Notes under the pieces: model-generated | The model's database searches: none | The model's input: only the letters and a program-made list of their open reading frames with translations | Told to the model about the DNA's origin: nothing | DNA from: an uncultured Eubacteriales bacterium | GTDB taxonomy: Bacteria; Bacillota; Clostridia; TANB77; CAG-508 | Assembly: GCA_949287075.1 (NCBI GenBank) | Contig: CASEEU010000022.1 | Coordinates: 32,010 to 96,009, forward strand | DNA length: 64,000 nt | Reading direction: 5' to 3' | Shown: one piece after another, positions 1-9,326 of the stretch | How the letters are laid out: each line of letters starts with the position of its first letter | Numbering within the stretch: the first letter of the stretch is position 1 | Made by a program: the position numbers and the translations under genes

Positions 1-193
1 GATTGCTATTTTAACGTACGGAAATAATGGATTCCAAGGAAAAAATTAAGTAAATGTCAAATTGTAATAAATTTGTAATATTTTAGCAATCTTTTTGTAA
101 TTTTAGCAAGAAATATCATTGACAATTAATGGATTTCGTTATATGATATACACATCAAAAAATATGTGTTTTTAAATCCTAAGGAGGAAAATT

Positions 194-988
194 ATGGGAG
201 AAGTAATTGTTATCACATCAGGTAAAGGTGGAGTAGGAAAAACAACAACAACAGCAAATTTAGGTTCTAGCTTAGCATTAGAAGGAAAAAAAGTAGTACT
301 AATTGATACAGATATAGGATTACGTAATTTAGATGTTGTTATGGGATTAGAAAATAGAATTGTATATGACATTGTTGATGTTGTAGAAGAAAAATGTAAA
401 TTAAGACAAGCATTAATAAAAGATAAAAGATTTAAAGAATTATACCTATTACCAGCAGCCCAAACAAGAGATAAAAGCGCAGTAAATGAAGAGCAAATGA
501 GAAATTTAGTCGAAAAACTAAAAGAAGAATTTGATTATATATTAATAGATTGTCCTGCAGGAATTGAACAAGGATTCAAAAATGCCATTGCTGGAGCAGA
601 TAGAGCAATTGTAGTGACAACAGCAGAGATATCAGCAATAAGAGATGCTGACAGAATTATAGGACTTTTAGAGTCATCAGAAATAAAAAATCCAGAATTG
701 GTTATCAATAGAATAAGACCAAATATGGTAAGAAAAGGTGAAATGATGGATGTTGACGATATTGTTGATTTACTATCCATCGATTTAATTGGTGTTGTAC
801 CAGATGATGAATATATCATTACACAAACCAATAAAGGAGAACCAGTTATTCAAAATAGAAGAGCACCATCAGGAAAGGCGTATATTGAAATTGCCAAAAG
901 AGTATTAGGTGAAAAAATAGAAGTAACCATTCCAGGAAGAGAAAAAGGATTTTTTGCAAAATTAAAAAGATTATTTAAAAAATCATAA
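194..988 (+). CDS. minD: Septum site-determining ATPase MinD
   Basis: 264 aa with a deviant Walker A motif (GKGGVGKTT), MinD-like throughout; RBS AAGGAGG upstream; followed by minE. Confidence 0.92.
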   Translation: MGEVIVITSGKGGVGKTTTTANLGSSLALEGKKVVLIDTDIGLRNLDVVMGLENRIVYDIVDVVEEKCKLRQALIKDKRFKELYLLPAAQTRDKSAVNEEQMRNLVEKLKEEFDYILIDCPAGIEQGFKNAIAGADRAIVVTTAEISAIRDADRIIGLLESSEIKNPELVINRIRPNMVRKGEMMDVDDIVDLLSIDLIGVVPDDEYIITQTNKGEPVIQNRRAPSGKAYIEIAKRVLGEKIEVTIPGREKGFFAKLKRLFKKS

Positions 989-1017
989 TAAAACAAAGGT
1001 CGGAGGGAAATTTAAGA

Positions 1018-1620
1018 ATGTTTGAAAGCATAATGAAATTCTTTAACAAAATAAAAAAGAAAGAAGAAAAGATAGCCCCACATTCAAAAGAGGCTGCAAA
1101 AGAAAGATTACATTTAGTTCTTATGCAAGATAGAGCAAATGTTTCAGCGGATTTCTTAGAACTAATGAAACAAGAAATCATAGAAGTTATTAAAAAATAT
1201 ATAGATATAGATGAAGGAGCAATTGATGTCAGATTAACCAATAAAGAAAATGAAGACGGTACAAATGGTGCTCCAGCCTTATATGCCAATATTCCAATAT
1301 TAAATATAAAAAATGAAGCAAGAAAGATGGAAAAAAAGAAAGAAGAAGAACAAGATAATAAGCAAGAAGAAATTAAGCAAGAAGAAAACAAAAATCAAGA
1401 AAAAGAAGATGATAAAGACAATAAAAAATCAGAGGTAGCAGAAGTAGAAAATGAGCAACAAGAAGTGGTAACAGAAGAACAAAATGCAAATTCTGACGAT
1501 AAAAACGAAAAAATAGAAGAAACTAAAAATCAAGAAGAACAAAAAGAAAATAATATAGAAAATAAAGAAAAAATTGCAGAAGAAGAAAGAACAAAAGAAG
1601 AATTAAATCAAAAAAAATAA
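1018..1620 (+). CDS. minE: Cell division topological specificity factor MinE with a long low-complexity Glu/Lys/Asn-rich C-terminal extension
   Basis: N-terminal ~85 aa matches MinE (MFESIMKFF... and the ...VRLT region); total 200 aa against a typical ~90 aa; tail is EEKNQ-rich. Confidence 0.8.
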   Translation: MFESIMKFFNKIKKKEEKIAPHSKEAAKERLHLVLMQDRANVSADFLELMKQEIIEVIKKYIDIDEGAIDVRLTNKENEDGTNGAPALYANIPILNIKNEARKMEKKKEEEQDNKQEEIKQEENKNQEKEDDKDNKKSEVAEVENEQQEVVTEEQNANSDDKNEKIEETKNQEEQKENNIENKEKIAEEERTKEELNQKK

Positions 1621-1638
1621 TAGAAAAAGAGTGATTTA

Positions 1639-2745
1639 ATGAGAAAAAGAGAATTAAAAAATATGGAGTGGGGAATTTTAGTTACTGCAATTATTCTATG
1701 TGTTATAGGAATAGTTGCATTATTTTCTGCCACGCAAGAAACTGAATATGAAGAATTTACAAAACAGATCATATGGTTTGTAGTTAGTTTAATAGCTATG
1801 GTAATTGTTATGTTTATAGATTATAACTTGTTATTAAAGGCATCACCAGTATTATATGGTATATTTATTGTATTATTGATAGGCGTATTATTTACATCTC
1901 CAATTAATGGAGCAACAAGTTGGTATAACATATTTGGATTTTCATTTCAACCTGGAGAATTCGATAAAGTATTTGTTATATTATTTTTAACATATACCAT
2001 TATAAAAATTCAACGTAAAGGACAAGATGAAATTAATAGAATAACGAAATTACCAATTGCCTTAGCAGTTGTTGGAATACCGATATTATTAATTGTTATG
2101 CAACCTGATTATGGAACAGCATTAGCATATATTGTAGCAATGGCATTAATCTTATTTTCAGCAGGTTTAGACAAGAAATATATTATAGGAACTATTTTAT
2201 TAATTGCCATAGCAGTGCCTTTACTATATAATTTTGTATTACCAGAACATGCGAAAACAAGAATTGATGTATTCTTAAATCCAGAATCAGATCCTAGAGG
2301 AGCTGGATATAATATTATTCAATCTAAAATTGCTATAGGTTCTGGTGGGCTAACAGGAATGGGGATTTTGAAAGGAAACCAAACACAATTAGGATTTTTA
2401 TACCCAAAAACAACAGACTTTATTTACTCTGTTATTGGAGAAGAAATGGGATTTATTGTAGCAGGTGGTATTATATTGCTATATGTATATCTCATAACCA
2501 AATGTATTTATATTGCCAAAACTGCAAAAGATAAAGCAGGTTCTTTAATCGCAATAGGAATTACAGGAATATTTTTATTCCATGTATTAGAAAATATAGG
2601 AATGGTTATGGGATTATTACCAATAACAGGTGTACCACTACCTTTTGTCAGTTATGGAGGAAGCTCTTTAATTACAAACTTTATATGTATAGGACTATTA
2701 TTAAATATTAGTGGTAAGAGACAAAAAACAATATTTGTTCAATAA
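1639..2745 (+). CDS. rodA: SEDS-family peptidoglycan glycosyltransferase RodA (FtsW/RodA/SpoVE family)
   Basis: 368 aa polytopic membrane protein with a SEDS-like C-terminus (PLPFVSYGGSS); position after minDE is typical of mreBCD-minCDE-rodA in Firmicutes. Confidence 0.85.
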   Translation: MRKRELKNMEWGILVTAIILCVIGIVALFSATQETEYEEFTKQIIWFVVSLIAMVIVMFIDYNLLLKASPVLYGIFIVLLIGVLFTSPINGATSWYNIFGFSFQPGEFDKVFVILFLTYTIIKIQRKGQDEINRITKLPIALAVVGIPILLIVMQPDYGTALAYIVAMALILFSAGLDKKYIIGTILLIAIAVPLLYNFVLPEHAKTRIDVFLNPESDPRGAGYNIIQSKIAIGSGGLTGMGILKGNQTQLGFLYPKTTDFIYSVIGEEMGFIVAGGIILLYVYLITKCIYIAKTAKDKAGSLIAIGITGIFLFHVLENIGMVMGLLPITGVPLPFVSYGGSSLITNFICIGLLLNISGKRQKTIFVQ

Positions 2746-2752
2746 AAGTAAT

Positions 2753-2960
2753 TACAATTCAGTGTAAATGAGCTTGTATATATTTTTTTGATAAATTCCT
2801 CGGTTCAATACATGCTCTAGCCTTTCTAAAGATAAAAGAAACGAGCCTCTCGCTGCATCGCGCTTCCTCATTTCTTTTCTATTCAGAAAGGCTACGAGCA
2901 TTCCAATCACATTCGTCATTCATCAAAAAATATATACAAGCTCATTTACATTGAATTGTA
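2753..2960 (+). repeat. Palindromic element A: ~38-40 nt near-perfect terminal inverted repeats, a nested stem (gctc[g]tagcctttct) and a conserved core cgagcctctcgctgcatcgcgcttcctca
   Basis: Inverted repeats read directly (caattcagtgtaaatgagcttgtatatatttttttgat / reverse complement at 2922-2960); the core and both flanks (TTCCTCGG 5', CACATTCGTCA 3') are shared with element C at 59811-60036. Confidence 0.8.
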
Positions 2961-3017
2961 TTAAACATATAGTTATCTCTTATTATATAGATAAAAATAT
3001 CTACTTTAGAAGGAGAA

Positions 3018-3995
3018 ATGATGAGTTATATCAAGAAATTAAAAATAGGAAATGTAGAATTAGAAAATAATTTAATATTAGCACCTATGGCAGGTGTAAC
3101 CAATAGACCTTTTAGGATAATATGCAAAGAATATGGTGCAGGAATGGTTTGCACAGAAATGGCAAGTGCAAGAGCAATGTTTCATAATGATTTAAAAACT
3201 AAGAGATTGTTAAATACAGATGGAGAGAAAAGGCCAATTAGTATGCAAATATTTGGAAGTGATGAAGAATCAATGGCATATGCAGCAGAACATGTAAGTC
3301 AAAATGCAGATATTCTAGATATTAATATGGGATGTCCTGCACCAAAAGTTGTAAAAAATGGTGATGGTAGTAAATTATTATTAGATTTAGAAAAAGCAGA
3401 AAGTATCTTAAAAACAGTAATGGCACATTCAAAAGTTCCCGTTACTTTAAAAATTAGAAAAGGTTGGGATAAAGAAAACATTGTAGCTGTAGAAATAGCA
3501 AAAATTGCAGAAGCAGCTGGAATATCAGCAATAACTGTACATGGAAGAACAAGAAGTGAATTTTATACAGGAAAAGCTGATTTAGACATTATAAAACAGG
3601 TAAAAGAAAATGTACATATTCCAGTTATCGGAAATGGAGATGTGGTAGATGGTGAATCTGCAAAAAGAATGTTTGAATATACTGGTGTAGATGGTATTAT
3701 GATTGGAAGAGGAACTTTTGGAAAACCATGGATATTTAAGGAAATTATTGAATATTTAGAAACTGGTAAAAAAATGGATGAACCAACAAATGATGAAAAA
3801 CTAAAAATAATAGAGAAACATATAGATTTAGCAGTAGAAGAAAAAGGAGAAATTGCAATTAAGGAACTTCGAAAACATATTGCGTGGTATACTAAAAATC
3901 TTAAAAATTCAAGTGAATTTAGAAATTCTATTAATAAAATAGAAACAAAAGAGGAATTAATCCTTAAAATAGAAGAATATTTTAAAAGTCTCTAG
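3018..3995 (+). CDS. dusB: tRNA-dihydrouridine synthase
   Basis: 325 aa with an FMN-binding Dus signature (LAPMAGVTNRPFR, TIM-barrel motifs); RBS GGAGAA upstream. Confidence 0.9.
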   Translation: MMSYIKKLKIGNVELENNLILAPMAGVTNRPFRIICKEYGAGMVCTEMASARAMFHNDLKTKRLLNTDGEKRPISMQIFGSDEESMAYAAEHVSQNADILDINMGCPAPKVVKNGDGSKLLLDLEKAESILKTVMAHSKVPVTLKIRKGWDKENIVAVEIAKIAEAAGISAITVHGRTRSEFYTGKADLDIIKQVKENVHIPVIGNGDVVDGESAKRMFEYTGVDGIMIGRGTFGKPWIFKEIIEYLETGKKMDEPTNDEKLKIIEKHIDLAVEEKGEIAIKELRKHIAWYTKNLKNSSEFRNSINKIETKEELILKIEEYFKSL

Positions 3996-4033
3996 AATAA
4001 GATGTAGCAAAGTGTTTTATTAGGAGGCTTTTT

Positions 4034-4645
4034 TTGAATAAAAATAAAATCTTAAAAAAATTAATCATCATAATGAGTATAATGACTATTTTTTTTGCTA
4101 CATTTTTTTTTATAACAAAGAGTAAAAAAATAAAAATTGGAAATAATAGAAGTAGTCAAGAAATGATTGAAAATATTTTAAATATTAGTTCATATGAAAG
4201 TACAATAGAAGTAGAAGTCAATAGTAATAAAAATATGAACAAATATGTAATTAGACAAACATACATAGAACCCAATATATCAGAACAAGAAATATTAGAA
4301 CCAGAAAATATACAAGGTGTAAAAATTACAAAAACAGAAAAGGAATTAAAGGTAGAAAATAGCAAATTAAATATATCAAAAATATATAATAATTATCCAT
4401 ATATGACAGATAATTGTATGGATTTAAATACATTTATAGAAATATATAAACAAAATGGAAAACAAGAATATGAGGAAAAGGACAGTGAAATTATATTAAA
4501 AACAGAAAATGAAAAAAATCCATATACAAAATATAGAATATTATATATTAGCAAAAAAACGGGCAAACCTACGAAAATGGAAATAAAGGATAATAGCAAA
4601 AAAACATTAATTTACATATTATATAGAGAAGTAAAGTTTCAATAA
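4034..4645 (+). CDS. Hypothetical membrane-anchored protein (possibly YdcC/LolA-like, by its position upstream of the ndoA-like gene)
   Basis: 203 aa with one N-terminal TM segment and no clear motif; in B. subtilis ydcC lies upstream of ndoAI-ndoA. Confidence 0.35.
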   Translation: MNKNKILKKLIIIMSIMTIFFATFFFITKSKKIKIGNNRSSQEMIENILNISSYESTIEVEVNSNKNMNKYVIRQTYIEPNISEQEILEPENIQGVKITKTEKELKVENSKLNISKIYNNYPYMTDNCMDLNTFIEIYKQNGKQEYEEKDSEIILKTENEKNPYTKYRILYISKKTGKPTKMEIKDNSKKTLIYILYREVKFQ

Positions 4646-4715
4646 AAACTTTACTTGGCTAATATTTAAAATAAAACACATACTTGATAATATAACAATA
4701 TTGGGAGTGAAAAAA

Positions 4716-5066
4716 ATGGTAATAAAAAGAGGAGATATGTTTTATGCAGATTTAAGCCCAGTAGTAGGTTCTGAACAAGGAGGAATTAGACCAGTATTAA
4801 TTATACAAAATGATTTAGGAAATAAATATAGTCCTACAGTTATTGCAGCGGCTATTACTTCACAAACAGGAAAAAATAAATTACCAACACATATAGAAAT
4901 TGACTCAGAAAGTTGTGGGTTAAAAAACAATTCAGTTGTTTTAACAGAACAAATACGAACAATCGATAAAAGCCGTTTAAAAGAAAAGATAGGTCATATA
5001 GATGATGAAAAAATCATTAATCAAGTAAATAATGCATTAGGAGTAAGCTTTGGGCTAGAAGAGTAA
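4716..5066 (+). CDS. mazF: MazF/PemK/EndoA-family mRNA interferase toxin, with no adjacent antitoxin gene
   Basis: [32 protein letters not shown]...KLPTHIEI is nearly identical in pattern to B. subtilis EndoA; internal ATG at 4716 preceded by GGGAG; the 70-bp upstream gap has no room for a MazE/EndoAI ORF. Confidence 0.85.
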   Translation: MVIKRGDMFYADLSPVVGSEQGGIRPVLIIQNDLGNKYSPTVIAAAITSQTGKNKLPTHIEIDSESCGLKNNSVVLTEQIRTIDKSRLKEKIGHIDDEKIINQVNNALGVSFGLEE

Positions 5067-5103
5067 AAGAGGATTTAAAATTTCTTAAATCCTCTTTTTA
5101 TAT
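5066..5103. terminator. Bidirectional rho-independent terminator between mazF (+) and the HD-GYP gene (-)
   Basis: Hairpin aagaggatttaaa...tttaaatcctctt flanked by A and T runs. Confidence 0.6.
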
Positions 5104-6050
5104 TACACTTTTAATTTTTTAATAGTTTTTACTTCTTTATATAAATTATCAATAATTGCTTTTCTAGTTTGATATGCTTCTATATATTCTTGATGAATTT
5201 GTTCTAGATTATCAACAGTTTCATCAGGTCTTGCTAATACTTTAATTCCTTCTTCATAATAACTTTTGTTTTTTTCACTTTTTGCTTTTTCCATTTTTTC
5301 TTTATATTTTAACATTTGTTTTAATCGTTTGATTTCTTCTGCTAAGTTATCAACATAACTTTGTGTACAAGAAATTTCATATTCAATATCATCAATAACA
5401 ACTTTGAATAAAGTACGAACAATAACAGGATTGCTTTTTCCAAGTTTTGCTTCTTCAGCAAGGTGATTTAATGTTCCAGAATAATTTGGTGTGACAGAAG
5501 GTTTTGTTTCATCAACTAAAATTTTTAAAGTATCAGATATACCAATATGTGATTTATATTGCCTTTTACTAACAATAGCGTCATATTCATCAGCTACTCG
5601 GATGATTTGACCTTCATAAGGAATATCTTTTTTTGTTAATCCTTGAGGATATCCTGAACCATTTAATGCTTCATGATGATATAAAGGACCAGCAGCATAA
5701 GGCCTTAATTTCAAATCTTTCATACACATTTCATATCCTAATGTAGTATGTGTTTTCATAACTTCAAATTCTTCATCTGTTAACTTGTCAGGTTTTTGTA
5801 AAATGGCAGGTGGAATAAATAATTTTCCAATATCATGTAGATAAGCACAAATAGTGCAATATTCAGTAAATCCTTTATTACAATGTAAGTATTCACAAAG
5901 TCTACAAGTTAAAGCTGCTACATTTTCACAATGTTTTCTAGTAAAAACATCTAAAGTATCTAACATATCTAATTGATAACGCATGGTTTTATCTAAGTTA
6001 TATGATTTTAAACTCGTTTTATCATAAAAATCGAATTCTGGTTGTTTCAT
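5103..6050 (-). CDS. HD-GYP domain c-di-GMP phosphodiesterase-like protein
   Basis: 315 aa with an HD motif (HDIGK) and HHEALNGSGYPQGL (HHExxxGxGYP). Confidence 0.8.
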   Translation of the reverse strand: MKQPEFDFYDKTSLKSYNLDKTMRYQLDMLDTLDVFTRKHCENVAALTCRLCEYLHCNKGFTEYCTICAYLHDIGKLFIPPAILQKPDKLTDEEFEVMKTHTTLGYEMCMKDLKLRPYAAGPLYHHEALNGSGYPQGLTKKDIPYEGQIIRVADEYDAIVSKRQYKSHIGISDTLKILVDETKPSVTPNYSGTLNHLAEEAKLGKSNPVIVRTLFKVVIDDIEYEISCTQSYVDNLAEEIKRLKQMLKYKEKMEKAKSEKNKSYYEEGIKVLARPDETVDNLEQIHQEYIEAYQTRKAIIDNLYKEVKTIKKLKV

Positions 6051-6343
6051 AATCTCATTCCTTTCTCAAAACACCAATCTAGTTACAACAAATGTGTTTC
6101 TTGTCAAATTTATTATTGTTTTTTAAATATCATTATGTTATTAAAAATATGATACCATTAAATAAAAAAAACTGCAATAAGAATAAAAAAAAATGGGAGA
6201 AGTCATGATGGACAGATAAAGAAAGAGAGCAAAACCTTATAAATCTAAAGAGAAATAGATAGATTGACATAATTTGGAAAATGGTATATAATATTTATTG
6301 TCGAAGCTTGGAAACCCTAATTCAGAAGAGGAGGTTGAGGAAA

Positions 6344-7060
6344 ATGAGCACCAGTTATTTAAAGTTATATAGATTCATAGAGAATTATGCAGTAAAAAAA
6401 GAGTTGCGGAATACGCTAATCGCATTGCCACTTGCTGTAAAGTATCACGAGGGGCAAAAGCGAGATGATGGTGAACCTTATGTCATGCACCCAATGAGGG
6501 TATGTGCTACTTTAATCTTGCTAAGGATTGAAGAAGCTTTTAGAAAGGCATATCCGAACAAAAGTCAAGAATGGGTGTGGCGGCAATGTGACATCACTTT
6601 TGCTACAGCATTATTACATGACTCTATAGAAGAAGCTCAAATACCTAAAAAGGGCAAAGAGCTGGTCACAGTCTATCACCTCGACAAAGAGGTTTTGAAA
6701 AATGTCAGAATTCTTTCGAAACCACCTAAGAGGAAAAAGCATTTTTGGAGTCAAAGGTATAGACCAAGAAAATATTATCGAAAGATATCTCGATCGTTAA
6801 TAGATTCAATGGTAAAGCCTGCTGATCGAAAAGACAATTGCAGAACATTTGGAGTATTTCCTGCAAAACGGAAGAAAAAATATATTATTGAGAATTATGA
6901 GTACATATATCCGTTATGCAAAAAAGCCAAAAGGAAATACCCTGAATTTGTGCGAATATTTGATACGCTCGAAAGATTAATAAAAGAGAATGCGGGACGA
7001 TATGAATATCTATTAGATGCAAAAACTGGTAACCTCACAGAGAGAGTCAACACATGTTGA
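6344..7060 (+). CDS. Small RelA/SpoT-type HD-domain (p)ppGpp hydrolase-like protein (SAH/Mesh1-like), in a GC-richer patch
   Basis: HEGQKRDDGEPYVMHPMRV, ALLHDSIEE and KPADRKDNCRTFG match the RelA/SpoT HD hydrolase motifs (HxGQxRxSGEPYIxHPLxV; LLHDxxED; ADRLhNmRtL); start at the ATG preceded by GAGGAGG; local GC clearly above its neighbours. Confidence 0.7.
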   Translation: MSTSYLKLYRFIENYAVKKELRNTLIALPLAVKYHEGQKRDDGEPYVMHPMRVCATLILLRIEEAFRKAYPNKSQEWVWRQCDITFATALLHDSIEEAQIPKKGKELVTVYHLDKEVLKNVRILSKPPKRKKHFWSQRYRPRKYYRKISRSLIDSMVKPADRKDNCRTFGVFPAKRKKKYIIENYEYIYPLCKKAKRKYPEFVRIFDTLERLIKENAGRYEYLLDAKTGNLTERVNTC

Positions 7061-7078
7061 CTCTCTCAACCTTTTTAT
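7040..7078 (+). terminator. Rho-independent terminator overlapping the stop codon of the HD-hydrolase gene
   Basis: Perfect hairpin gagagagtcaacacatgttgactctctc followed by ctttttat. Confidence 0.75.
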
Positions 7079-7266
7079 ATAAATGAAAATATATTTAGGA
7101 CAAATTTACACCAACTATTAAAAAAATAGAAGGTACTTTCTAATAGATAAGCTTGAAAAATAGGGGAAATTATGGTATTATAGGTAAGATAAAATAAACA
7201 AGGAAAAAGTTGAGCAATTCAATTATTTTCTAACTGGATGGATACTTAAAGAAGGGATGAGATAAA

Positions 7267-9018
7267 ATGTACAGAACAAAAACTTGTGGAGAATTAAATA
7301 TCAAAAATGTAAAAGAACATGTTGAATTAGCAGGATGGATTCAAAAAATAAGAGATTTAGGTGGAATGACCTTTATTGATTTAAGAGATGAATTTGGAAT
7401 TACACAAATTGTAGTAAATGATGAGGAATTAAAGAAATTTGTAAAAGAATTACATACAGAAAGCTGTATCCACATAGAGGGAGAAGTTGTGGAAAGAGCA
7501 AGCAAAAACCCTCATATGAAAACAGGAGATATAGAGGTTGTTGCTGAAAAAATAGAAGTATTAGGAAAATGTAAAAACGTACTTCCATTCGAAGTTAATA
7601 CAGACCAAGAAGTTAGAGAAGATTTACGATTAGAATATAGATTTTTAGATTTAAGAAATGAAAAACTACATAATAATATTTTATTACGTTCAAAAATATT
7701 AAAAACCATAAGAGACAAAATGGACGAATTAGAATTTACAGAAATTCAAACACCAATTTTAGCAAATTCTTCACCAGAAGGTGCAAGAGATTATTTGGTA
7801 CCTAGTAGATTAAATCCAGGGGAGTTTTATGCACTTCCACAAGCACCACAACAATTTAAACAATTATTGATGGTTAGTGGATTTAATAAATATTATCAAA
7901 TAGCACCATGTTTTAGAGATGAAGATCCAAGAGCAGATAGAGCACCAGGAGAATTTTATCAATTAGACTTTGAAATGAGTTTTGCTACACAAGAAGATGT
8001 CTTTAAGGTTATTGAAGAAGTGGTACCATATACATTTGAAAAATTTACAGATTGGAAAGTGGATAAAGGACCATTTGTTAGAATTCCATATAAAGAAGCT
8101 ATGGAGAAATATGGAATTGATAAACCAGATTTAAGAAATCCATTAATCATCCAAGATGTAACAGAAGTATTCAAAGATTCTGATTTTAATGCTTTTAAAG
8201 ATAAAACCATCAAAGTGATTATTGTACCAAATGGAGCAGAACAAGGAAGAAAATTCTTTGATAAAATGGGTGAATTTGCAACAACAGATGAAGTAGGCGC
8301 AAAGGGATTAGCATGGACAAAACTAGATAATGAAGGAAATGTACAAGGTGGTATTGCAAAATTTATCACAGACGAAATCAAAGAAAAACTAGAAAAAGAT
8401 TTTGGACTAGAAAAAAATGCAAGTATTTTCTTTATTGCAGATGAATTTGAAAAAGCACAAAAAATTGCAGGATTAGTCAGAATAGAATTAGGAAAACGAT
8501 TAGATTTAATTGAAAAAGGTGTATATAAATTCTGCTTTATTGTAGATTTTCCAATGTATGAATTATCTGATGAAGGAACGATTGATTTTAGCCATAATCC
8601 ATTTTCAATGCCACAAGGTGGTTTAGAAGCTTTAGAGAATAAAGATCCATTAGATATCTTAGCATATCAATATGATTTAGTATGTAATGGATATGAAATG
8701 GCATCAGGAGCTGTTAGAAATCATAACCCAGAAATTATGGTAAAAGCATTTGAAATTGCAGGATATAGTGAAGAAGATGTTAAAAATCGATTTGGTGCAT
8801 TATATAATGCCTTCCAATATGGAACGCCACCACATGCAGGTGCTGCACCTGGAATTGATAGAATGATTATGCTAATTGCAGATTCTCAAAATATAAGAGA
8901 AGTTATTGCATTTCCAAAGAACAAAAAAGCAAGAGATTTATTGATGAGAGCACCATCTGTTGTTACAGAACAACAATTAAAAGATGTGCACATTAAATTA
9001 GATTTAGATGAAAAATAA
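7267..9018 (+). CDS. aspS: Aspartate--tRNA ligase
   Basis: 583 aa, class II aaRS with FRDEDPRADRAPGEFYQLDFEMSF and the GAAPGIDRM motif 3; length typical of bacterial AspS. Confidence 0.92.
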   Translation: MYRTKTCGELNIKNVKEHVELAGWIQKIRDLGGMTFIDLRDEFGITQIVVNDEELKKFVKELHTESCIHIEGEVVERASKNPHMKTGDIEVVAEKIEVLGKCKNVLPFEVNTDQEVREDLRLEYRFLDLRNEKLHNNILLRSKILKTIRDKMDELEFTEIQTPILANSSPEGARDYLVPSRLNPGEFYALPQAPQQFKQLLMVSGFNKYYQIAPCFRDEDPRADRAPGEFYQLDFEMSFATQEDVFKVIEEVVPYTFEKFTDWKVDKGPFVRIPYKEAMEKYGIDKPDLRNPLIIQDVTEVFKDSDFNAFKDKTIKVIIVPNGAEQGRKFFDKMGEFATTDEVGAKGLAWTKLDNEGNVQGGIAKFITDEIKEKLEKDFGLEKNASIFFIADEFEKAQKIAGLVRIELGKRLDLIEKGVYKFCFIVDFPMYELSDEGTIDFSHNPFSMPQGGLEALENKDPLDILAYQYDLVCNGYEMASGAVRNHNPEIMVKAFEIAGYSEEDVKNRFGALYNAFQYGTPPHAGAAPGIDRMIMLIADSQNIREVIAFPKNKKARDLLMRAPSVVTEQQLKDVHIKLDLDEK

Positions 9019-9036
9019 GGAAAGCAGGAGGAAAAT

Positions 9037-9297
9037 ATGGAATATAGATATAGACCAAGTGGAGTTTGTTCAAGAGAAATGATAATTGAATTAGATGGTA
9101 ATATTATAAAAAAATTAACTATTGTTGGAGGATGTGCTGGAAATACAGTAGGAGTATCTAGATTGATAGAAGGAATGAACATTAATGAAGCAATTAGCAG
9201 ATTAAAAGGGATTCCTTGTGGTACAAGAGGAACATCTTGTCCAGATCAATTATCAAAAGCATTAGAAGAAGTGAAAGAAAAATATAAGATAGATTAG
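9037..9297 (+). CDS. TSCPD-domain protein
   Basis: 86 aa containing GTSCPDQLSKALEE (TSCPD motif) and conserved Cys residues. Confidence 0.7.
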   Translation: MEYRYRPSGVCSREMIIELDGNIIKKLTIVGGCAGNTVGVSRLIEGMNINEAISRLKGIPCGTRGTSCPDQLSKALEEVKEKYKID

Positions 9298-9326
9298 TGA
9301 TTATAAAATTGGAATGAGGAATTTTA

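Noticed and set aside
535-1391. Minus-strand ORFs overlapping minD and minE (98 and 138 aa), and similar antisense ORFs throughout (e.g. 7400-8381, 38583-44111, 51536-52156, 55466-56059)
   Set aside because: They lie entirely inside well-supported sense-strand genes, lack RBSs, and have low-complexity composition typical of AT-rich antisense frames.
7080-7266. Possible T-box leader upstream of aspS
   Set aside because: No T-box consensus (AAnnnGGGTGGnACCGCG) and no specifier-loop or antiterminator arrangement could be identified.
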